NCBI GenBank assembly: GCA_051362555.1
Contig: CM120647.1
Span: 14,670,651-14,734,650 of the forward strand
Direction: 5' to 3'
Origin: Lingula anatina
Lineage: Eukaryota > Animalia > Brachiopoda
Length of the DNA: 64,000 bases
Within the stretch, counting starts at the first letter, position 1; every line of letters starts with the position of its first letter. The position numbers and the translations under genes are program-made. The notes below the pieces were generated by a model that was not told the DNA's origin, did not search any database, and worked only from the letters and a program-made list of their open reading frames with translations. Below, in pieces: positions 13,023 to 26,500 of this stretch.

Positions 13023-16000
13023 TTAGTCTTGAACTTCATTTCAAATTAGTTCTTAGAATTCCTGCTGATACATAACTGCCGTTTCATGTTATAAGGCATA
13101 CGCTCTAATATCTGCGTTACACTTGGACTGTTGTCTTCTTCTTTCAATATATGAGCCATATAATCAACTAAGTGGGAAAAGGAACTTAGTCAGTATGACT
13201 GATCTTAATCACTCTAAGGTTCCGTGGTCATATTGAGACAGGGGAGTAAGACAGACTAACGTTATATATATTTAAAAATTAATTTGACTAACACGTTACT
13301 CAAATTTAAGAGTGAGATCGGACTTATGTTTCCTTGTCATTCGAACCTGGTCTTGGTTATAATTCCACGCGGGATTTCATTTAATCAATCTAGGGAAATT
13401 CGAACAGATTGCCAGTTCAAGGAAATGTGCCACTGACCATTCGCGAATTACGCCAGTGAAAGACGGAAAGGTAGATTTCATGTTTACCTCATTTCCTCTA
13501 AACTGATTATTTATAAGGAACTTCCTAATCAATGTAGAAGGAAGCTGGTTTTCATTTCCGAGGATGTACTGTTAGGTTAATAGACAAACATATTCAAGAA
13601 AAAGGTTAATTGGAAAACATACTCAGGAAAAATTACTTTGTTGCTTTTTTATGCTCATTCATATTGCAGCCGAGATATGCCGGTATTAAGAAGATTCGGG
13701 GGAACGTGCGTAACTTATACATGTAAGTTGCATAAGGGCGCTCGCTGCAGTCGTCCTATAGGGTTTCTGTTGTCTCAGGCCTTTCTTGTTGTTGTTTAAA
13801 TAAGTCATGCTTGTGTCTCGAATATGTAGCTTTTTTTCTTCCACCCAAACACATGCACACTCACTCATTAGTTTAATATTGCAAATAATCCATACAACTG
13901 CCTGCTTCGCTTCAGGTAGCTGCGGTAAACGTGGTCATTAAATCACATCCAGGAAAAGCTCAGCATTGTTTGGGTGCTTAAGCCATACAAATTGCTCGAC
14001 GAAGTCAAACAAAATCTCGGTGGCTTTCATCTCACAATTACCTCGTCATGAAGCCCTCATTGTTTTCACATATAATCGATGCACATTACATGAAAATTTA
14101 CTAGAAAACATCTTGAACACACTGTTTGGTTGTTTTGAATTTTGCTGGTGCTGCTTCTTTTTTTTGCAGAACAATCGCTTCGGTTATTTTCTACAAAGAT
14201 TAAAACTAGAGCTAACCAAGAAACAACCCGAGATTGCAACGGGAATACGGACGTGCAATGCATAAGCGACGACCATGTGGAAGAAGACGCCAAACCCCTG
14301 CAGAGAGAAACTCAAATTTGAGCCGATATTTGTTTTCTTATCTTATCCTGTTTTAAGTCTGTTGACATGCTGTGTGAATTACAAAATCTTATTGCAACTC
14401 TGATAAGTAATATAATAGCAATGTAGTAGGGCATTTGAATTTTTTTTGTAAATTGGTTGGCGTGATAAGATCTTATTGTTATTGGATGATCTGACTTGAT
14501 TCTGACATAATCCTATTGTAATATTTATTGTAATAACTCGATTTCTTGCACTAGATATCTGTCCTGTCTGTCCTGAATGAACGTATAACACATAAAATAC
14601 ATAAATAAAGAAAAGGAGGGATAATGATAGTGACAGAAAACAAATTTTAAAAAAATATTCGAAGAAGAAGGCGACGATGATAAACGTATAGCAAAGGATA
14701 GCAATAATAGGAACATATTATAAGAAGAAAAATGATGAATATAATTGCGATGCCAATCTTTTCCCCTGTAAAATGAAACTGTGAAAAGTAGGAGCGTTGT
14801 TACCCTGTACCAAACCTGATGACCTCGCCTAAACGCCTATCTTATTGAACCTTTTATTACCATGTCCATTTCCACTCTCCCGGGAGACCATCGATATGCT
14901 AGTGTATCAAAGCCACGCGGTCGCAAATGTGGTGCTTAGAATTATCAATTACAAAGCTTCGTCGCAACTTGGCACAACGGAGCCGCTATAATGCTCAACC
15001 GTATGGTCTCAATGCACGAAATCCGTGCTGCGGACAAATTTCCCTTAACGTTGGTAATCAGGCGATGTCCACTCGGGGCTCGTCGCTAACGGTCAATTTG
15101 TTTTGCCATCGGATCGCAATTTACGTCTAACAAATTGCCCTGTGTCCTACGAGGAAATTATCACGCCGGTCCTACTTGGTTTACCAAGAAATCTTGGAGA
15201 TATGTGGTGTACGGGAAAATCAGGATGAAATTGGGGGGTTAATGTAGTGCCAATGTTTTTGGCGTTATGTGTGATGTAGCAGAATTAAAGTCTGTTGTGC
15301 CCAAATTATAATGAAATGCTTTGCTATTTTTTTTCGAAGAAGAACTCTTTTGAACTGTTTCATAAAATCCTCCTCAGAGCAAGTCGAGACACCCAGAGGT
15401 TTCCATTACACGTATGTACAATCCTTTCCACCAATTCACCTTCACACACGAATATACGATTCCAGTTTCTGATTGTCAGAACCGTGTTTTGAAAAAACGA
15501 CACCAGCTTACCAGTAGTTTTTTTTATTTTTATTTTTTAGCGCTGGAATCTTTCTTTCTTTTTTTTTCTTTTTGGTTGCCAGAATCTTTTTTGAAAAAAG
15601 ATACTGGAAGCTATACACACTATATGCAGCGCCCCGAAGTGTGATATCGAATGGAAGAGTAAAAAGCAAGTCCTGACCATGCCTAACATGTACTAGTAGA
15701 AGGGCTGTGACATATTTAAGAAACATGAGGAACATAATTGGCTTATTAATATAGGAGAAATGCAGTTGTCTGGATATTTCGGCACTATTTCCCCACAGAC
15801 ACTATATGGTATACTATGTCCAGGAACTGTTCACTGAAGTGAGATTCAGCATTAAATTTTTCCCTTCATTAGTGCTGGAGCTATCACAGAGAAAGGAAAT
15901 TATCAAATCTTTCACAGAAAACAGCTGAGCGAGGAAATTAATTCTAAGCAAAATTTCTGGCTGGAGAGTTAAAGAAATGTTAAGAATTTGCCAGAGATAT

Positions 16001-16696
16001 GAATCTCAATACTTGGTGAAAAATTCAATTTGTGGCCTTGGTGCGGGTTAGCGAATTTCACTCGTGACAGCAAAAGTGAAAAGTTATCAATATTATATAA
16101 GCAACAAACAGGCATTGTTTGTCTTAGGCCAGCAATACTGGACAAAGCAGAGTCAATTTATACATACAACTGTAAATGGAATAAAATGACAACCACCCAA
16201 TGCTTTCCATCGTAAACAGATCCTGCAGTAGTATCCTTAATTGATATTTATTAGAGACGTAAATATCCCCAATGCCTAGCTAAGATTTTATGCCGTCACT
16301 ATAGGCGTAGTGGACCAGAGAAACTAACCAGAACTGAGAGGGAAATCGACTGCCATCAACGCTGGAACTCTCTCAGTGAATCAACAAGAAACACAATACA
16401 ATTTCAGCATTTCTTTTAAAAAAGATTCGATAACATATATATATATAATGTTTATGCCAGAACGGAATTGGTTCATTTTTTTGTTGCTTTTGGACCAATA
16501 ATAAAGTATTTTGCATTCACCACCAAAACCATCCTATTTTCAGAGATTGTACATACGATAGGGATTGTTGTAAAAACATGAGAAGATAAGTGATATTTGC
16601 ATTTTTATAGAGAAGCTGTGGCATCAAATTCACCAAAGCCTGCAATTCAAGATAGAACTGATTAAAAACCCTCAGTCGATCTTTTCCAGTATCTAT

Positions 16697-17009
16697 GGGA
16701 CCATTCAGATCGGGAAGAGACGAGGTTTGGCTAGGCCGCGACCTAAATATGGCGGACCTACATGAAAGAAAGACCGGTTAATCCTGTAATGGTCTCTCCG
16801 CCTCTCACACGGCTCCCCACGCGTCATCCCTCGACCGGTTGAATTGAGCCGAGATTTAATTAATGTGCCCCTGCGCGGACGACGCGTGGGGAGGAGTGTG
16901 AGAGGCGGAGAGACCTTTGCAGGATTAAGCGGTCTTACTTTCATGTAGGTCCGCCATATTAAGGTCGCGGCCTAGCTAGACCTCGTCTCTTCTCGATCTG
17001 AATCGTCCC
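16697..17009. mobile_element. Palindromic MITE, PIF/Harbinger (Tourist)-like
   Basis: About 135-bp inverted arms (gggaccattcagatcgggaagagacgagg... / ...cctcgtctcttctcgatctgaatcgtccc) with 3-bp TSD tat at 16694-16696 and 17010-17012. Confidence 0.9.
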
Positions 17010-17473
17010 TATGTTATCTGTCTTGTCACAGTAAACAGAGCAAAGAAAGCCCAGTTCTGTACGTGCTATCCAGTTATTCTATGATATTGTACTGGGTAAA
17101 TTATAACACATAAGCCATTTTATGGAACAATTATTTCAATTCAATTCAGTTTATTTACTTGTACGTAGATTAGCATGGCCTTGTAAAGTATAATGTTATA
17201 ATAAAAAGAGCAAAATAATGTGAATGAGCAAATATAGCCTTAAAAATTGGCAGATGTACTAGTTAAATTACTCATGGAATAGTATAACTTAATGGTTATA
17301 TTCAATTTTTTGGTGTGTTCAAATATTTTTCATCAATATAAATCATTCAGCATACATTTACACTGTGCAGTTGCAGTGTATGTACCTGTATGTAACATAA
17401 TATTGGGTAATTAAAATTTTACAAATTATACATGTATGCTAGGAGTTACCAGGAGAGGCAATTCCTTCCACTT

Positions 17474-18950
17474 CTAATTAGTCGTCTGTTCTGAATGTGG
17501 TTTTAGACGTAGTTCAGCAAGGGCTGATAAACTGTCATCATTTTTTGTTCAGGAGAGAAAGCCATTTTACCGTTGAATTGAAGTTAAGTGTTGCGTAATT
17601 GAGTAAATTGCTCGATTTGTCTCTGAAAATTGTGATGAAGTGTTTTGGAGGCGACTGACTAAGCCAAGCAATGTTTGATTACTTGAAAAGGTTAAAAAGA
17701 CAGGGCTTCCTTTTGTCGGCGTTTCATTTTCAGTTTAATGAAAGTGCATGTGCGTAATGGGCGTTACGTACATTTTATGTTATATAACGTTACAGTAATG
17801 CAGGCTTCATGCGCATCGAGACTGTAATTTCCTTTCTACATTCATTTTAAAGGGAAAAGGGTGAAGCAATCACTTGTTCCACTTTTTTTTCCTGTATACA
17901 CGGATGCTAATGTCACAACTAGATTATCTTTATAGCGAAGTCAATGAACTACTGCATTATTAACTGTCACGGAGAAGAAAAAAAGGGGACGTTAAAAGAA
18001 GACTTATTTATCTTTGTTGGCACTGTTACTAAACACTTCGTATAATTTTCTTAATGATGACCTTGTATCAGCTTTTAGGGTTGACGGTTTACTACAGAAA
18101 GTCTCTGGTCTGTATGGGTCATTGGGTATTGAAGTGTAATAAGTCATTCATCTTAAATTGCCCCTTGGGTACACAGTCGATAGATTGTGCCGCACCTTTC
18201 AGTTTTCAGCCCCGTGTACCGCCCTGTTTGGATTTGGAGATTATGATCACTTAGGCCGCATTCCGAACAGCGGAGTAACTAGTGCGCAGGTCAAATATGG
18301 CGACCCACTAAGGGCTTGCCGTCTAATCCGCTATTAGACACTAAAGGAGTCCCCGTGGGGAAGTATTCAAGTGGGTCGGCCATATTTGATCCTCGGACTA
18401 ATTAGTCTTCTGTTCTGAAAGCGGTCTTAGACGTAGTTTAGCAAGAGCTGATAAACTGTCATCATTTGTGACTGTATCAACAGATGTTGCTCTTTCACAT
18501 TTTTTGTTCAGGAGAGAAAGCCATTTTGCCGTTGAATTGAAGTTAAGTGTTGCGTAATTGAGTAAATTGCTCCATTTGTCTCTGAAAATTGTGATGAAGT
18601 GTTTTGGAGGCGACTGACTAAGCCAAGCAATGTTTGATTACTTGAAAGGTTAAAACGACAGGGCTTCCTTTTGTCGGCGTTTCATTTTCAGTTTAATGAA
18701 AGTGCATGTGCGTAATGTGTGTTATGTAAATTTTAATGTCATATAATGTTACGGTCATGCAGGCTTCATGAGCACTGAGACTGTAATTTCATCTCTACAT
18801 CCACGTTGAAGGGAGAAGGATGAAGCAATCACATGTTCCACTTTTTTTCCTGTACTCACAGATGCTAATGTCACAACCAGATTAGCTTTATAGCGAAGTC
18901 AATGAACTACTGCATTATTAACTGTCACGGAGATGAAAAAAAGAGACGTT
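17474..18950. repeat. Direct duplication of ~520-550 bp (17474-17993 and 18398-18950)
   Basis: Colinear copies from ctaattagtc to gacgtt; the second copy has ~35 extra bp bounded by cattt microhomology. Confidence 0.95.
18254..18426. mobile_element. Short Harbinger-like MITE
   Basis: Imperfect ~55-bp TIRs (ggccgcattccgaacag...tcaaatatggcgacccact / agtgggtcggccatatttga...ctgttctgaaagcggtc) with TSD tta on both sides. Confidence 0.75.
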
Positions 18951-20200
18951 GAGCTCGGATACTAGGATCTGAATGACTTTGATGTTCGAAGGCAGGTGGT
19001 CCTACTGGTGCCATCTTGCCATTTGGGAAAGTGCCTCCAATGTTGTCTTGGAAATCAATTATCACTAAACAGTCATTTTTTTTTTCTGACCAAGCCTTGG
19101 AGAGAAAATTATATTTCTTTCGTACTAAGCAGACAATACGGAAGCATGATTGATTTTCTGTGCTATTATCAATTTTTTCCTGCGTTGTCCTTTGTAAATA
19201 GTTAAAAGGAAAATCGACGTTGTCTGCCGTTATCCAAGTTACGTAATTAGTTTCCAGTAAAATTTAACAAATAACTGCCAGAAAAAAAAGAAAGAAAGAA
19301 ATAAAGATCAAGTAGATCAAAATGACCGGGGGGCAATACTGCAGCATAAAATACGTTTTTTATTGGTTGTAAATCCCTACTAGTAATGATTTTAAATTAA
19401 GGTGATACTAACTCAAATAAAATTAACGTCTAGGAGACATATTGCCATCGGAAAAATAGCGCTGTGCGTTGCAAATCTGTCAACTGCAATTTCATGTCAT
19501 TTAGAGTAGCAAATGTCTGGCGCAATGTGGGCTGTACCGCACGGTTCAGCGCGAGCTCGTATTCCGAAATGGTAAGCGTGTATTCTGGAGCTGCACAGAA
19601 TTGTTTCGTGCGACTTAGTAGTGGTAACCGCATCGTTGCTTCTAGGTCCCTTGTATAAAAATATATAAAAATGTATAATTGAGAAAGAAACGAAGCCTTG
19701 CCTGCGTTATAGCCTTATGTCATATTATTAGAAAAAATCTTTAAGACAACGCTGTAGCTGCTGATAGTTAATAAGAGTTATTGGGGTCAAGTCACAAAGC
19801 ATCTGCATTATTTAAGTATACACCATTGTTTAATTGTGTCTTTATAAATGCATCTATATTGTTCACGGACATTTGAGTCTAGACACGTAGATGTATCAGT
19901 TGTGAGTGGTGCTAGTATCATAAAGCACGCCTGTATGCATGTGTACAAGAATGACATGCAAAGCGCGTTTGTTTTCGGAGATAAAAAATCTTAATGATGG
20001 CTCGAGGCCTTAAGGGATCTAGGTACAATAGATGATCCAAATATAAATTTTCAATAATCTTTCAATCAAATAGACTAGACATAGCGCCTGGTATTATTGA
20101 TGGATTAGATAGCCAGTGAGTAATAACAATTATGGAAGCAGTCTGACTGATTCTACATTTACACGCTCAGTGAAAATCTCTCTCACTCACTGAATCTCAA

Positions 20201-20231
<31 letters not shown>

Positions 20232-20830
20232 GACACACATACAGTATATTCCTTCTGGCACACATTTCTCTCACACACACGCGCATAGACGCAAGCAACA
20301 CGCACATACTTATACATGCATATGGGGTTTGCACGTGAAATAGAAAGTTTTTTGTGACGCTTATATATAGTCAATGTATAATATATATATATATTGTTGA
20401 ATGCCTGTTTAAAATCGACAGCGTTTTGTCGAGTAGGCAAATAGTGAAGCGCGAAAGGAAACGAATATCGTTGTTTGATTTAAAAAATTTGTATGGAATG
20501 TACTGTTTGGTTAACGTTTTGTTAACCTTAGGCGCCACCTTTTGATAAAACAGTGTTTCTCAAACGACGCAATCGATTGCGCTTTGCGATTGGATGAGAC
20601 GCATTTTACACATGTCCCAACTAACGCAATTGATGGCGTACAACCGGATAATCAAATTGTTATATTTCTTGAATGGCTGCACTTAGGCAATTAATGAAAA
20701 ATAAAATAAATGGATAGACGTTAAACAGACTGGATATGCGACAAGATAACTTATACTTTTGATTGGGGAAAATAAGTATGATAATTGCATAGTGAGATAA
20801 AACTTAACAATAATTTTGTTGACTAGCTCT

Positions 20831-20833
<3 letters not shown>

Positions 20834-20861
<28 letters not shown>

Positions 20862-20947
20862 TAATAATAATAATAATAATTATCATTATTATAAAAATAA
20901 AATAAAATAAAATAAAATAAAATAAAATAAAATAAAATAAAATAAAA
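20834..20947. repeat. Compound simple repeat: poly(A), (ATA)n, (AAAAT)n
   Basis: Read directly from the sequence. Confidence 0.95.
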
Positions 20948-21156
20948 TTCTTTTAATCATGATATCCAACTTTTATACAAACCATTGAAGATTTCGTTCA
21001 TTTGGAGAACAGAAAAAAAAAAATAGATCACACCCTAAGACCAATTGGAGTGTCTACATTATGGATCGCCTACAGCGTCCCCAAATCATCATCAATCAGT
21101 GCCCGTCTGAAGCAATTATGTTTTAATGATTACAGTAAAAAGGAAAAACTTAGGGA

Positions 21157-21371
21157 AAAGGAATGGCCTAGTAAAATAAATGACCTAGTGAAAAGAATGG
21201 GCTGGTGAAAAAAAACCTGTTGAAAAGGAATGACCCAGTTAAAAGGAACGACCCAGTGTAACCTAGTGAAAAAAATGACCTAGTTAACAAAATGGCCCAG
21301 TGAAAAGAATGACTTAGTGAAAAGAGTGACCTAGTGCAAAGGAATGAACTAGCGCAATGAATGACTTAGTG

Positions 21372-21419
<48 letters not shown>

Positions 21420-21580
21420 CCAGTGAAAAGGATGACCTAGTGAAAAGGAATGACCTAGTGAACAAAATGACCCAGTGAAAAGAATGACCTAGTGAAAAGG
21501 AATGAACTAGTGCAATGAATGACTTAGTGAAAAAAAAAACCTACCCAGTGAAAAGGATGACCTAGTGGAAAGAATGACCT
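21157..21580. repeat. Minisatellite, ~19-21-bp unit (gtgaaaag(g)aatgaccta), interrupted by a poly(A) expansion
   Basis: Roughly 18 degenerate units with higher-order repetition, and a long A-run at ~21372-21416. Confidence 0.9.
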
Positions 21581-22470
21581 AAAATTGAAAGAGGTTCCCC
21601 ACAAAGTGCAATTTTTATTTACATTTTGGCGGTGCACGTAAATATTCCTACATTATATAACGGATGTAAATGTTAAATACTCTAATATACTAGAAACCTA
21701 TTGAGACCAAATACTGATTTATCCTTACATTATAGCATTTATACCTTATTTGCCTCCTTATGTGCACATACGGAACAGAAGTTATTTCTAAAATCTATAA
21801 ATTAATTGCAAATCTATATTAATACATTCTCTCTTATTCCCTTTTTTTCCAATTCCTCATATGATGTACCGTCAAGTAAACTTTCAGTTATTTGAACACA
21901 GACCTACATGAGAGAGAGAGAGAGGGGCACACAGGCAGACAGACAGACAGACAGAGAGACAGACAGTCAACCAGCCAAACTTGATATCCAGAGGAGAAGG
22001 GGGTGATGAAAAGACTGACAGGAAAGATTAATTGCATGTCACAGTCAGATTCATAGACATTCAACAGACAGAATATTAATCAAATTCTCACCGTGTTCTT
22101 ATTAACGGATGCCAGATTGATATCCATAAATCTTGACACCTTTGTGATTGTTACTGCCAAACACTGATCTTTGGAAGTTCGCTGAATTGAAGCCTGGGAA
22201 CATCCTGACGGTCTCTTTAAAGAGTATTTAAAGGTGATATTTAAATTTTACCCTGAGTCCTTCGCCAGAATTGATGAGTTAAGAAGAGTTCGTTTTTTTA
22301 TATTGCGTATAACCAGGCCAACATTATTACAGTGTGATTTAAGTTGCATGTTGGTTAGAAATGTCAAGTCCGTCAGGTGTATACCATCACATCATATTCT
22401 AACGCTTGAAAGACATACTTCTAGGCATACAATGCGCGGTAGACACATTGAAACATGTATATTGCACCGA

Positions 22471-22633
22471 TGTAATGAAACTGAAGGTCCGTGTAACAGA
22501 AAGTCCGCTCTCCATTTAGTGACATGTACTGGTATAATGGTTAATGACCATGTAATAATGACCTAAGTGGGTCAAAATTACAAATAAATGGGAAGCGGTC
22601 TTTCTATCATGGGGGACTTGTTGTTACGTTACA
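22471..22633. mobile_element. Non-autonomous Ginger1-like element, copy 1
   Basis: TGTAATG...CGTTACA termini flanked by ccga/ccgg; internally homologous to 38926-39091 (tgtaacagaaagtccgc, taagtgggtcaaaat, tctatcatgggggact). Confidence 0.7.
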
Positions 22634-22693
22634 CCGGTATAAAAAGTTTTGATTCCCAATGGAGAGGTATGGGCAATGCGCATTTTACTGTGA

Positions 22694-22732
<39 letters not shown>

Positions 22733-23058
22733 AAACCGCTTCTTTGCAGGTACCAGCACTTTAACCAGGAAAACTGACAACTAAGCACAATGATAACGCG
22801 ACAATCAGCTTAGGTCCTTAGGATATGCCATACGTGATTGATGGATACATGAATATGTATGGACACAAAAGAAATAACTCAAACTAGGTCACATAATGCT
22901 ACACTTTAGGGTATATTAACCTATAGCAGGATAGTAGCCCTGTTTTTCGATCAAAGTGATAAATGTTTTAGTCTTAAAATAAGCCTGTCTGGTGATCATG
23001 AGTTGCTGCAAGTCGCTGTATTGTGCTTCTCCCTATAGTGGGACATATATATATATAT

Positions 23059-23532
23059 ATAGTCACGAAATCAAATACATGAACTAATTCAAATACTAGG
23101 AAATTAATGCACTCGTTTGAGCGGTAATGCCAAATGACTTAATGAACAGTAATGACATCATGTACGTCACATGGGAAAATAAGACAAATATTAAACACAG
23201 ACTGATCTCAAACGAACGTACTTGTACAGAGGCAAGTTAGAATAACATCAGTAATTACTATGTTTAGGAAGACCGTAAATAGCGCATTTCTACCAATAGT
23301 CACGAAATCAAATACATGAACTAATTCAAATACTAGGAAATTAATGCACTCGTTTGAGCGGTAATGCCAAATGACTTAATGAACAGTAATGACATCATGT
23401 ACGTCACATGGGAAAATAAGACAAATATTAAACACAGACTGATCTCAAACGAACGTACTTGTACAGAGGCAAGTTAGAATAACATCAGTAATTACTATGT
23501 TTAGGAAGACCGTAAATCGCGCATTTCTACCA
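23059..23532. repeat. Near-perfect tandem duplication, 237-bp period
   Basis: atagtcacgaaatcaaatac...gcgcatttctacca at 23059-23295 and 23296-23532; one substitution seen (aatagcg vs aatcgcg). Confidence 0.95.
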
Positions 23533-23781
23533 AATTGCCATTTTCCTAATATGCCTTATTAAATCTCCCCAATAAAATGACATAAAATACATTAATAAGA
23601 TAACCTGCAAGGAGAATCCATTTTACTTATTAGACCACAAATGATATCCACTGGACAAATACACATTTACTGCGAAAAGAGAGGTCATGGTGACCTCGCG
23701 GTGGTGATTCAGTTTGGAATAGTGTCGCACACTACCGAGAGGGGCGTGAAACCCAAGAGACGCCCAAATGGAAGCTCATTT

Positions 23782-23838
<57 letters not shown>

Positions 23839-24565
23839 AGTGATGGTTCAGATGTTCCAATAATATCTTTCTCTGCCGGAGGGAATAATTTTTGGTCAAA
23901 CAGCATGCAGACATTGCCGCCGACGTTAAGAACCCCATTACTCGTATGCCTAAGGTGAATTGCTTTGTTTGTCAGGATTTATGTGATATTTTACAAGACT
24001 TAATGAAGAAATATACCCGGGAACCCTTTCATTATTCTTTGAAAAATCGATGGGGAACATGAACAAAATATGTTTAATGATAACTTTTTTTCAGGACGAT
24101 CATTAAATACTACTGTTACTCAGTTTGGAAATGTCGAAAATTCCTTCCGTCTCGGTCTGCTTTGCATTCAGCCTGGCGATATTATAGCGCCAAATGTGAC
24201 CAAAAGTGAATGATTGAAACGTTTGAGATTGTCTTTCGTACGAGCGACGGTGGCGACCTCGTGGCAGTAAAAACTCCGGCCCAACCCTACCAGCTGGCAG
24301 TGGAAACTCAGTTAGGGCCCAACTTTGTCGGTCCAACTTTGTGGGGATTCTTGCTCAGTGCAATCAGTGGAATCATTTTAATTGCCTGCCTTCTCTAGCA
24401 GCTACTGGTAGGGGGTATTTAAGTCGAAGGCACACGAAAGTTTATTACAGGGTTACCCATAACTGAACGAGGAGGGGAAACATTCAGTTTAGCCGATTGC
24501 ACTAAGCAAGAACCCCCGCAGAGTTTGACACATCCAACTACATGTAGTACGATGTGTCTACCTGA

Positions 24566-26500
24566 ATAGGGACAGTCGGTCATCCGGGCACTTTACCTTA
24601 GCAACCGGCATCTGGGGTAAAACAAATCGGGCAACATGGCGGATCGCATTGACTACTATGTAAAAGTTGGCAGACTTTGTCCGAAGATATCATACTTCAC
24701 AGTTCCTGACCACTTGTGTCAGTGAGGATGAGTTATTTACCTGGTCGATTTCCTTTACAGGCTTTTGTAAATATCCGCTGCACACCTGGTTAAGAGATAA
24801 AATCGGCCTTAACTGCCGATCGTTATCTGTGATCGGGAATCTTACAGTGGTAGATTGCAAAGACTCATTTGCTTACCTGGATGAGCATAATATTCACATC
24901 TCTTTGAAAAGAAAACCATACGGAAGCAACTGATATTATCAAGGAAGGTTTCAATTGTACTTATAACTGTTGACGTTGCATATTGCTGACACATACGAGT
25001 AGATTTTGCAGGCCTACTGAATTGCACAGGTACCGTTTAACTCTCAGGCACGTACAAAAGTTAAATAGTGGAAGCTTGCTGTGTACCAGGTGACACTACC
25101 AACACATTGATAAAATCTAATGGGATTTGTTAAATTTCAAAGATCAACGGAAAAGTAAACGACTGTTGCAGGCTATAGGTTGTGCAGACGTGACTAAATA
25201 CGGGATTGTTGATCGAAACAAGATTTGGTCATAGCTATACATGCACTACGAGATTTGTGTATGTGTGTATAGTTCATTTTATTATAGAGAGGGAGAAAGT
25301 CATTGTACCTTGTTTGGTATTTATGTTTGTCATTTGTTACCGGAATTAATAAGTAATATTTACAAGAAATTGAGATTGCATCTTGTTTTGGCATGTGTGA
25401 CGGTATATCAATTCTTTTAGTTAAAATTAATGGACTATAACGTCGAACTTTTTTGCTGTAAGTTGATTGAGTTTAAAGATAAGAAAAAATATGTACGTCA
25501 GTATATTGACAAACCTGTGAGTTAATGTCTATATCTTTAAGTTATCAAGTAAAATAAAAAAAGTTGCCATAAAAAAAGCGACCTTAACTGGTAAAATAAC
25601 ATACAGCTTTATTACTGTGTTTGTTATTCAATTTAATTTTAACCTTGCACGTTTTGAAACTTAGCGTTCTGTCTTCCATGATATTTCGCCAATTTTCGTA
25701 CCAGAAAAGTGCACAATAAGATTGTTAACACTCATAGACGCGTAGCTGCCAATATTAATACAGGAAACACCACGTGTCTTCTCTTCCAAAAAGTTAGCAA
25801 GCAACTGTTTATGCTGTCATTCCAGGCTTGCATTAATATTCATGTACTGTATACAGACCAAAGAGGCCATGGGACCGATGACATTGCCCCTATCCCGTCC
25901 CCCTGGCTATTGCAGCAGCAGGTGATTTAATCACAATTTGTAGAAATCTTATTCTAATAACTTCTCAGTGTTGCACATTTTGTAGGCCTTTCTTACGATC
26001 CACGTTCTAAGAAGCCATTCCTATTTCACCAACTTATGTACATTGTACATGTATATACTTAGGGTGGACATTTGCGTATGCAGTTTAGACCAATTTTATC
26101 CCGTAACAAGTTAAACAGTAGCTTATTACAAAGGCCTGCTTACTCATTAGTCCAGGTAAATGATTCAACCCGCCAGACACAAAAGGTCAAGCACTGCCTT
26201 TTCAAAATCTTCTGCTGTAAAATTGCCGATCACAGATAACGATCGGCAGTTATATTAAGGCCGATTTTATCTCTTAACCAGGTGTGCATCGGCTAATTAC
26301 AAAGGCCTGTAAAGGAAATCGACCAGGTAAATAACTCATCCTTACTGACACAAGTGGTCAGGCACTGTGAAGTATGATATCTTCGGACAAAGTCTGCCAA
26401 CTTTTACATAGAAGTCAATGCGATCCGCCATGTTGCCCGATTTGTTTTACCCCAGATGCCGGTTGCTAAGGCGCGTGACGTCAGCCCGACTGTCCCTATG
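24566..26500. mobile_element. 1.9-kb non-autonomous DNA element with ~280-bp TIRs
   Basis: 24566-24847 is the reverse complement of 26215-26499 with few differences; termini atagggacagtcgg / ccgactgtccctat(g); AT-rich interior with no transposase ORF. Confidence 0.9.

Noticed and set aside
24210-24398. 62-aa ORF ending in a hydrophobic helix (possible tail-anchored microprotein)
   Set aside because: No recognisable homology, promoter or splice support; cannot be distinguished from chance
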